Shown in pieces: positions 54,116-64,000 of a stretch of DNA of 64,000 nucleotides. The translations under genes were made by a program, and so were the position numbers. The DNA comes from Octopus vulgaris (lineage: Eukaryota), in assembly GCA_951406725.2 (NCBI GenBank), contig OX597814.1, positions 14,446,001-14,510,000 of the forward strand, read 5' to 3'. The stretch's first letter is position 1; the number at the start of each line of letters is the position of its first letter. Under the pieces are notes generated by a model. It worked only from the letters and a program-made list of their open reading frames with translations. It was not told the origin of the DNA and ran no database searches.

Positions 54116-54664
54116 GTAGGAGTGCAGATATATTGAGTTTACATTTAAATTATTTTTACTAGTTTGTATTGCAGTAAAAAATGAAAACTGGATTATTTTA
54201 CAAAGCGAAAATTTTGGAATGTATATGTGACTCTACATCGTTTACATTGACCATGTTTTGTAAAACTTTTAACAACTTGCATTTCAACACGGATTCCACA
54301 TATTGAAATTGAGGAATGGAAGTATTCATTAAAATTGTAAGAACTCGAAAATTATCAAATACCCTGATTCAAACTGACAAAATAAAAACAAAATTGTAAG
54401 TACAATTAAAAGACGAAAATATCTGTAAAAGAAGGTTAAATACATCTTTAAAAATAGTCATCGGTAGGGAAAAACTGTAGGAATTTAAGTGAGGGTTAGA
54501 AATTACAAAGTAACGGTTAACCCAATGACTGAATTGGATGTCTACATCAGCTCAGTCAGACGATAATGTTTCGGAAATAAATGTCAAACAACCACCTGCG
54601 TGTCTGCTTGTAGAAATTATAGTATACTAGGTAGGAATCATTTAATGAGGAGAGAAAATGAATT

Positions 54665-55558
54665 ATGAGAGATTGCTTCGAATGACCTGTCCTTCTCCGT
54701 CTTTTTATCGTCTGTCTGGCCGGATGTTTTGTTGTCGTCTTTTGCGTTCTTTTTTCATTGTTTGGATTTATATATACACATGGCGCCGTCGTATACTTTC
54801 GCTCAACTTGTAGGTATCTAAATTCTATACGACTCTTTCACTATAGAATCCTCTCATACTTTCTTTTTTCTTTCCTCTTTTCTTTTTTCTCACTCACCTC
54901 TCTCGCATTTCTTGACCTTCCCTTTCTTTAATCTCCCTACTTACCCACCTCGTTTATCCCCCTTGTACCTTTCTCTATGTCCCTTGATTTCCTCTCTTTC
55001 TTGTTCTTTCCCTAATTCTTCTGTCCTTCAGCCCCGTACCACACTCCTTTCGTTCCACGTGACCGGTGATCTTTCTTTCCTGGATCCACTGCATGATCTT
55101 TCTTTCCTGGATCCACTGCCGGCCTCGAAGCATCTTATATTGCTGTCTCATGACTTGCATCTCTTACGTTCATCTGTTATGTTCCTGCCTCACGGCTTTC
55201 ACTCTACACACCCTTGCTCAACTTAATTCGTCTTTGTTGGTCAAAAGACACCGGTTGTTACTTTCTTGTTTGTATTTGTAATTATGTAACATTTTCTCTG
55301 TTTTTTTGTCTTTGTTGCAGTACACATTCGCATGCTTTCTCCAAAAAAATTTGATGCCCTGAGCATAGAATTCTGGGATCGGCCAGATTTGAAGAGTCTC
55401 AAGTTTAATTGACCGAAACTGTAATGAGATACTGCAAACTTGACTGATGAGAGATTGCCGCGAATGATCCGTCTTTGTGTTTTCCTGTCCTTCTTTTTAT
55501 AGTTTATGTCTGAGTATTTTATTGTCATCTTTTGCGTTCTTGTTCAGTTTCTAGGATT

Positions 55559-55562
<4 letters not shown>
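54665..55562 (+). mobile_element. PLE 3' end with partial-tandem terminal repeat (pLTR)
   Basis: 54665-54770 is a diverged direct repeat of 55447-55560, and each copy ends in TA. STCRY remnant at ~54803 resembles the PLE C-terminal CRH. Pyrimidine-rich UTR. Confidence 0.65.
55381..55457 (+). ncRNA. Rearranged (non-circularly permuted) hammerhead ribozyme candidate with all core nucleotides
   Basis: AGAG-TC|TCAAGTTT...GACC-GAAA-CTGT...AAACTTGA-CTGATGA-G. Perfect 8-bp stem I (55399-55406 / 55436-55443). Confidence 0.75.
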
Positions 55563-55595
<33 letters not shown>

Positions 55596-56819
55596 TTATG
55601 TATGAAATGCTGAGGACTTTCTAGATAGGGGAAGAAGACAGGTTCAAACCACAAGGAACTTTAAAAAATATATACTAAGAAATAAGTTGTTTTATTATGC
55701 ATTCAAAGCTCAAATTGATTCGAACCAACTACACAGTTTCACCCAAATACACGTGTGTGTATGCGTGTGTCCGTGTCTGTGTTTGTGTTTACATGCATTA
55801 TAAACATGTAAAATAAATGTTATGGACATAAACATCACGTATTCATATACGCAAAAACAGTTTTGCTTCGGCATGCCCAAATGCGTTCGCGTGCGTATCT
55901 GATTATCCGTTAGCGTGTGCTTCAACGTATGTTTGGCTGCCTCCAGCGCTGAAGAACATCGAAGGTGACACCGACCAAACTTTGTACTCATGTAGAAAAT
56001 GTTGAGGCTGATGTTATACAATACGATCAATCTCAGTATCCCTTAAAATACAGTAATAAGACTTCGATATATTCAAAACGGGAAGTAAAGAAAAAACAAA
56101 CAAACAAACAAAACAAACAAAGAAACAAAATGAAATATAAACAGTAAATGAGATGAGTATATTCGTATTGAGCATGGCATAGTAGGAGTGAAGATGTAGG
56201 GAAGTTTGCAAAAGAGGATATGTGTGTGTTGTAAGATATGAATAGTGAAAAGGATTATTGTTTATCAGTATGTTTATGCGTGGGGTGGCAAACATGTGAG
56301 ACGAGCTGAACTAGAATTCCAAAGATGAATGTCAATTCAGTGATGAAAAGTAAAGAATAACTAGAGATAACCTAAGAAACAAAATATTCAGAGCTAAAAC
56401 CGGTATATAAATAAACTGAAATTCAAAGAAGAAAAAATAAAACTGTAATTTACAAACAAACAAAAATTCTCGGTGTATTAAGAAAAAAAAAATCTAATGC
56501 AAGCTACAACATACACACACACATGCATATGTGTTTGTGTCTATATGTGTGTGTGTGCGTGAGCATGAATAGGTATATGTGTGTTTGTGTGTGTGTTAGT
56601 GTTTGTGTGTGTGTGTGTGTTTGGACAAGCTTTGCATGGACAGTTTCGTTTACATTGCCCCGCTTGTTCCGTTTACTCATTTCTCCTTTTGCCTTTCTCT
56701 TTTTTTTCATCTCGACACTACCATACGAAACGTCACAGTTCACACTTATCATTTCTCTGAGCATGAAATTGGCTTTGATCGTGAACTTTGAACAGTTTTT
56801 TTCTTCTTTCGTTACATAT

Positions 56820-57186
56820 TCTTTTATTATTTTACTTGTTTCAATCAGCTGACTGTGGCCATGCAGGAGCACCGCCATTAGTCGAGCAAATCGATCCAAG
56901 GACTTATTCTTTGTAAGCCCGGTACTTATTCTATGGGACTCGTTTCTGGTTTGCTGAACCGCTATATCACGGAACGTAAACGCACCAGCATCGGCTTTCA
57001 AGCGATGTTGGGTGGAACAAACGAACACGCATGCACACGAACACACGTATATATATATATATATATACGATGGGCTTCTTTCGTCTACGAAATCCACTCA
57101 CAAGGCCTTGATCGGCCCGAGACTTGCCGAACGTGCCACCAAGTAGTACTGAATCTGGACCCATGTGGTTTGTAAGCAAGCTACTT
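56820..57186 (-). mobile_element. SINE family B, 3' portion (split by Tx1)
   Basis: Reverse complement of the family B body. Its head continues at 62290-62325. Confidence 0.85.
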
Positions 57187-57383
57187 TATTTCATAATATT
57201 TGCCATAAGGCAATACATAGAAGTGATGGACAAAAGGATGAAGTAGCTTATATGATTAAAAATTAACAATGGTTATCATACAAATGAAATTTAAAGTGAA
57301 TACAATGCTAAAAGCAATGTTAAACACGAAGGATAGGAATCCTACACTAGAGTAGAAACTTTGCTTTCTTTCTGTGACTCCGC

Positions 57384-60300
57384 TTACTTGGTGCCAGTCA
57401 CTTCCAGCTTTCTCTCCACAAGCTTCCATCGTTTCCGGAATCTCTCACGTGACATGTACATCTTCTCCAGCCTGATCTTACTACTAAGGGGGTAACTAAA
57501 AAAGTTGATTAACCGCTGGCCAGATACAAAGGTACCCGTCACAATCACTTTCAATCGCGTCTTCCATACTGTTTCTTTCAATATGGCCACTACGAAGAAA
57601 AAAACAGGTCTTCCTCTCCCTGCTAAGGGAAGGGGGCAGCACAATCTCGATGATGGACTCAGATGAGAGCTGCACTCTTCCTATCGATGACAATAGTTAT
57701 TCTGTAAAAAATAGCAGTCCCGATAATTCCGGACATTCCACGAATGCGTGCAAGACGGTTTTCCTATCCTGCTAGCACCTTGAACATGTCCATGAGACGG
57801 CACATCCGTGCTTTGACAGTTTATCACGAACTGGTAACGCCACATGGAAGCACTGCCAAGCCAGGGATTTCTGGTAATTATCCAGATACCCCGGCCCGAA
57901 CGTTCTTCTGAGCAGATTGATCATCTGACTTTCATCGTAGCCCAGGTTCTCTCCCGAGGCGTCTTCGGACACGATCCCACTATCCCGCTATTTAAATCCG
58001 CAGTGGAACTCTTGTTGCTGGCATTGCCCGTCTGAGACAGTAGCTGAAGTGCCTGTTGGCACTCCAATTGCCAGTCCCCCAGTGTAGGTCTCTTCTTGCG
58101 GGAGGTAGAAACGAACGTGTGATGACCACACCTGCTCTCCATCCAGGTAAAGCCAGAGGTGCCTCAACCTTAACGCGAATTTTCGCATTTTGACCCAAGG
58201 CATCCCTAACCCACCCTTTATCGGTCTCTGGCAGCAGACAGAGCGCTTCACAAGTGGCTTCTCTCTCTTCCACAAAAAGCGGAAAAGGATTCTCTCCAAT
58301 TTGTTCAACCACAAAGGCACCACAATCAGGCCGTAGGTGATAACTGATGCTATAAACATCTGCACAACCTCTGCCCTCCTTAGCAAGGATAACGCCCACC
58401 CACAACAGGTCTTTGCCAGAGTAGTCGCCTTGCTGGTCACCTCACTCTATTTCTTCTCTATCTGAAGGTCCGGACCAAAGCAGACTCCGAACAGCTTAAC
58501 AGCACTTTCAGTACAACGCCCCACGACGTTGTTAGACGTCATCGGTTTGCCCCTCCAGGTGCTGTGTTGAAAACCGACCGACTTGTCCTTGTTAATAATT
58601 CCTCTTGCCACTGCCTCCTAGTTTTTGATGACCTCTTCCATCCCTGGAAGCTCACACGCATCCGCCACGATGATGGAGATGTCATCCAGATACGTTGTAG
58701 CTCCTCGTTCACACCATAGATCATGCGGCTCACCTCCTAGAGCCTCCAGCTTCCGCAACAATGGCTCAAGAGCCAATAAATACAAAAGCGGGGACAGGGA
58801 ACACCCTTGATGCACTGAACTTCGATCCTGAATGGTTTCGAAAAGAAGCTATTCACTTTAACGACAAACTCGGTGTCGCTGTACAAAGCAGTAATCCAAC
58901 TGCGGAAGGTTGGGCCCAGGCCAGCGTTCCCGAGGACCGCTGCCAAGTACCGATGGTCGACCCTATCAAACGCTTTAGACTGGTTTAAATGTACCGGTGC
59001 TCCTGCTGCACCAGAAAGTTTCCCTACCCTCTCTATGGTGTAGCGTTCAAGATGGAGGTTGTCGTGGATTACCTGCCCGAGATTGCGCAAATTTGCGCCC
59101 TCCCCACAAGTCCGTCCACGACCCGCGCCAACATTTTTGTTAACACCCTGGCCAAAATTCATAGGGAAGGCCATCGAGACCCGGCGACTTCTCGGGGCAT
59201 TCGCCTAGCACCTCGATCACCTCCTCGGCTGTGATTGGACTTTTACAGCACTCAGTCTCTCGCAGGCCAGCATAGTGTAAGTCCCTAAGGGCCTCGCTAT
59301 GATCCCGCTTCTCCCGAACAACTCGGCAAAGTGCCTGTAAAGTGCCTCACACATCTCGTGCCATCCGTCGACGGACCTCCCGTTGTCTTCAATCAGAGAC
59401 ATGATTGTGGCATCATTTTCTACGCTTGGTTTCTACCCATCCGGCAATATTACAGACCTCATGTTTGGCTTTGAGGTGACGGTTCAAGGCTGTTCTCGTT
59501 GCCAAAATGTGGGATGCAGAGCCAAACCTCAACGCCTTTTCTAAGCCCTTAACTAGTTGCCCTTCTATTCTATTCTTGCCTTAACTAGTCTTAGCTGACG
59601 GCTAAATCTTACAGATACAAAACGAGTGGCTCCCTTGAGAGCGAACCACCACTGGTTATTAACCATGGAACCGGTTAACTCCCTCTGTACTAGTTCCTTA
59701 GTCCGGCTACGTTATACCTCGCTAGTCAAATTAGACTATGTTCAGCCTACACTTGATGATTCTATGGTCAGTGTAGGACACCTGAACAAGCTGTGGACAA
59801 CTAAACCTAGCCTTATATCTAGCTCTTATCCCTATCCTGTCTAAGTAAGATTTGAACCTCCCGTCGCCATTCATCCTGATCCAGTCTGGAAGGTTCGGAT
59901 GGTCCATTCTGAAACGATCTGCAAGCTGAAATTTCTTCAGCAGATCTACAAGACGCGTGTTTACTTTCCTATCGGTCGAGCCAACGCTATCGATATGAGC
60001 GTCAACAATAGCACTATAGTATTCTAACACCACTAATATCTTCGACGTCATGAGAAAGTTCTCTAAGCGCCGACAAAAATCAGTTTGTGATCTTCTAGCA
60101 CAGGGTGCATAGATCCCGATCAATCTGAAAGTCTTACCGCTGTATGTCAAATCAAGGACGATCAGCCCACCTTCAGGGTCCACGTAGACTGTACTTGTCT
60201 TCAGAGCCAAGCCTTTAAGGACAAGCACTACTACGCACCCATGACCTCCGGTCTGGGTAGGAGGCATGATTTTCTCATAGACATTCAGGAAAGGTGAGAA

Positions 60301-60441
60301 GGTTTGTAGACTATCCAGCTTGGTCTCCGTAGCAATCATCACATGCATATCATGTGCTGTGAGTTCGTCGAGGAAACAGGCTTGCTTCCACTTCGAGCTC
60401 AGACGACGCACATGCAAATATCCAAGGTTAAGCGAAGCCAT
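57384..60441 (-). pseudogene. Tx1 ORF2 (APE endonuclease + RT), disrupted
   Basis: IATETKL, LIGIYAP, SYLDRI, TDH (APE). QSKAFDRVDH, QGCSLSPLLY, YLDDI, KGGLG (RT). C-terminal Cys motif. Confidence 0.92.
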
Positions 60442-60469
60442 GAATACAGTGGGGAAGAAAGCAAGGGCT

Positions 60470-61883
60470 TTACTTATCCTTGACTGGTGATGTTGGGGCC
60501 GACCTTATCACGTGTAAGGCAGTGCCTTCCTTCTCCTTCATCTTCAAGTACCCGGGCAGGGCCACAAGCCTCTTGATGTTTTAGGATGCCTTTCCTTTAA
60601 CTGTCTGTATAGGGTTTCCCCCTATACAGGCACATTTTTCTTTTAAGTCCCTATGTTTCGGAAAAAGTTTTGTTAGACGATGGCTGACGAAAATCTCGTC
60701 CATATAAATATCTTTAGTGTCATATTCAATTAAGACTTTAGTGTCTTCTTTTTTTTCTTGGGCGATGGGGCGGGGTTTTTTGTAACATGTGGTGCTGTGT
60801 TATTTTTGTGTAGGGATTGGGTGGGGATGGCACATGAACCCATTTCCGAACTAATGTGTACTCCCCCTCAGACACCTCCGTGGTGTCTTGTGGGGGATTA
60901 GTGTTTTTCTTTCAACTGGATACCTCAGATATCAAGGGGGTGGGGGATTTTTTTATTGCAGAGGTTGGGGGTTGGGTCGTTTTGTTTGCGTGTTTTGGGG
61001 ACTGGGAAGGCTTGTCTTTGTAGGGGCTGGTATGTGTGTAGGCCTGGGGTTATTTTTCACAATTGTAGGGCCTGGTATCAGTAAAATGTTATCATTCTTT
61101 AATTTCTCCTCCTCTTTCTTCTTTCTCTCATCACAACGGAGCCGAATGTGACCCTTCTTTCCACATTCATAACAGGTGGGTTTTTCACTCCACCTGTATT
61201 CAAAGGGCCACATTTTCACCAATGAGCACCCGATCCGGAAGCATTTCAATGTCTTCTGGGCCCGTTAGATTATGGCTGAAATGCTCTGTCCCAACCAGTT
61301 CTGGTGGGCAGATCATGTCATTTGTAAAAATTTAATTTTTCTTTTCTGTTGAACAATAGGGCAGCCATCACCTCCCTAGATTCGACTTCAGATGGCACCA
61401 CTTCTGTCACCTTTACACGGGAAGTTCGCCTCCCCTTATAGGTTGGCTTGAGTACCACATCCTTTGTTTGCAAGGGGCTCACCGAGTACCCGTGGATCAT
61501 ATCTGTTGCCATGAATCTTACTTCAGTTGTGGCCTACACCTTGTCCCTGGCGATATAGTCAATGTCCTTCAAAACTGGGGCGAGGAACTTTTCTATTTTG
61601 CCTTTCTCAAAATGTTTAAATCTTTTATTTCCAGACAGTAAGATTTAAAAATAACTGTTTTGCGTTTGGCTTTTATGGCGTTGGGGGCGGGAGATATCTT
61701 AATAACCATATCATCCTCCTTCATTCTTCTAAAGTATTCGTCCAATATTTCAATTGGAATTTCGATAGATTACGTAGCCACCGCAGCGACGGCTGAAAAT
61801 TTCTTGGTAGTGTTGGCACTGCCGCCAACATCTACTCCACTCTCCAAGAGAGTACATCTGTTTTTAATAATTTCGACTGACAT
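60470..61883 (-). pseudogene. Tx1 ORF1 (gag-like) with CCHC zinc knuckle, disrupted
   Basis: CYECGKKGHIRLRC (CX2CX4HX4C) in ORF 60953..61249. Candidate ATG at 61883. Confidence 0.8.
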
Positions 61884-62289
61884 ACTCGGCCGAAATTAAT
61901 TTCACAAAAGGATATTGCTTCCACAGAAAGTAGAGTTCCACAATAAATCTTCCTCTAAATGAGGTCTCCGGTTCAAAGCCTACCCCCATGGGGGCGTGGC
62001 GCAACAAACGAGCCAGCAACAGAAAAAAAAGAATGTTTAAAAATACGATATTGTTTCTCAGCAGGAATTTACAATAAATTTTCCTCTGAACGAGAATATA
62101 GTTAAAATCTCGATCCTACGTGGGGGCAGGGTGCAACAATAAAGCTACTACGGCTTATTAAAGTTCAATTTTTAAAACAAGGAAAAAGTATTTTTAACAA
62201 AAAACATCGTTACCTTCCCTGCACCGGGAAGTGTCTTGTAGCGAAGCAAACACACGATTGAAAGTACTCTACAACCCGGAAGTGGAAGA

Positions 62290-62325
62290 TAAGCAAGCTA
62301 CTTGCCACGCAGCCATTCCTGCGCC
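62290..62325 (-). mobile_element. SINE family B head (5' part, split by Tx1)
   Basis: Reverse complement GGCGCAGGAATGGCTGCGTGGCAAGTAGCTTGCTTA matches the family B head. Confidence 0.85.
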
Positions 62326-63289
62326 AATATATGTGTATTAATTGTTATATTAGTAAAAGAAAAAATAAGTCGTAAATATATATTCACAAATATATTTTCT
62401 CGTAAAATATTTGTGAATTTCTAGCTATTAGCGCTTTTGAGTTTGCCAGAGCTCATGATATTCCAGAAATTGGTCCTATAAAGCAAACGATTCGCTTCTC
62501 TTTTTTTTTTTTTTACGAATAGATTCCCATTTTCTATTTCCTTATATTTCTAATTATCGTTAAAGAATTATAATTTATTGGACATTTAATAGAATTAAAA
62601 GTAATAGAATAATGTTGTCCTAGATTAAAACACAAACATTTGTATATAAAATTCGAAAAAATTCCGAAAAAATTGGTAACAAAATTTCTTGACTACTTAA
62701 ACATAATACAGTTCTATATTGAAGAGATGAGAAATTATGTACATTATTTACATTATTTACATTATTTAAATTCGACGGATATTTGTCCTCATCTTGTTTG
62801 TTGTTAACACAGCCGAACACAGTGTTAACAGAAAATGTTCGTCGAATGTAAATAATGTAAATAATGTACTTAAACATATTCCCATCTAATAGCGTTGTCT
62901 AAAAATACTTTTGGTTTTGAGTATGATATCACAACTTCATTGCTAGATCGCACAAGCTTCGATCTAAGTCAATAAAATATAGTCAAAAGTAAGGATTCAG
63001 CTCGAGTTTTCACGCTAAAAAACATTTTCAGAATTATCGATTTCAGTCTATTTTAGAAAAAAGTTACGTGAATTGACTCTTTAGAGTATCTGACAAAATT
63101 CACTGCAGTTTTAGCTTGGACTCTCTGAATATAGTTACCACCGAGATCAATATAAATTACCAGCCATGTGTTAAAGACTTAATCGATTAACCACTTCACC
63201 AAATTTCCAGACTTATTATTACTATTATTATTATTATTATTATTGTTGTTGTTGTTGTTGTTGTTATTATTATTATCATTAATATCGTT

Positions 63290-63783
63290 ATTGAGTGAGA
63301 GAGCAGTGCATGCCATCAAAGTGACACTGGGGTAAAATGTACACCAGGCACATGCATCACAACCATACGTGGGCGACATAGTGAGCTCATATCAAGATAA
63401 ATAGCGCATGACATTGCAGGTGGGGCCCAATTAGAATATTCTTAAGGTCCAGTTGTTGATCCCGCTCAAAAGGTCGCTTAATTTGGGTCGTTTAAGGATG
63501 TTGAACAAAACACCCATGTTTCCAAAGGTGAATTATCCAAACCACAAACAATTCCTCTCAATACATGGTTATGGTGATTCCCCACTATCCTTGCTTGTAA
63601 TCAGAGAGGCACATGCTCAAGTGGTTAAGGTGAAACAACAGACAAGCAAATCTGTGGTATTGAGCAGAATATTTGCTGTAGCCCATCTTTTATGCCAAGA
63701 CAAAACAGTGTACATGATAACACTTCCAGTCAGCTAACTATCAGAATCCAGGAGAGCCACTGACTGTTACTTCAACTTGACAT
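63290..63783. mobile_element. ~500-bp repeat flanked by (TTA/TTG)n and (TTA/TAG)n
   Basis: Homolog of 19598-20130 in the opposite orientation. Confidence 0.8.
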
Positions 63784-63802
63784 TTATTATTATTATTATT
63801 AT

Positions 63803-63870
<68 letters not shown>

Positions 63871-63880
63871 ATAGTAATAT

Positions 63881-64000
63881 GGTGGCGAGCTGGCAGAATC
63901 GTTAGCACGCCGAGCGAAATGCTTAGCGGTAGTTTGACTGCCGTTAGGTTCTGAGTTCAAATTCCGCATAGGTCGACTTTACCTTTCATCCTTTCGAGAA
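63881..64000 (+). mobile_element. SINE family A head and core
   Basis: GGTGGCGAGCTGGCAGAATCGTTAGCACGCC...GAGTTCAAATTCCGC. Confidence 0.9.

Larger units (their letters stand above)
57187..62289 (-). mobile_element. Full-length decayed Tx1-clade LINE with a 14-bp TSD
   Basis: TSD TAAGCAAGCTACTT at 57173-57186 and 62290-62303. ORF1, then APE + RT ORF2. 3' end ...GAAATAAA. Confidence 0.93.

Noticed and set aside
55384-55425. Canonical type I HHR reading TTGAAGA...GAAA
   Set aside because: C3 is missing and the stems are poor. The permuted reading with an 8-bp stem I and an intact core fits much better.

Overview
This is an AT-rich, microsatellite-dense eukaryotic region with no host protein-coding gene I can support. 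Most ORFs in the track come from simple repeats or decayed transposons. The SINE families and the density of (TA)n/(CA)n/(AAT)n tracts suggest a coleoid cephalopod, probably Octopus (inference). The window holds a full-length decayed Tx1-clade LINE with a 14-bp TSD inside a SINE head, further Tx1, RTE, HERO-like and R4/Dong-like LINE fragments, Penelope-like elements (PLEs), three Tc1/mariner relics, and many tRNA-derived SINEs, including a young 4-copy tandem array. The most striking signal is RNA structure. Several retroelement termini carry hammerhead-ribozyme (HHR) motifs. Two of them (55381-55457 +, 24895-24995 -) have the catalytic segments in a rearranged, non-circularly permuted order, in two unrelated retroelement classes. 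A third sits in a tRNA-headed, SINE-like element. All structures were paired by eye, and no activity is demonstrated.
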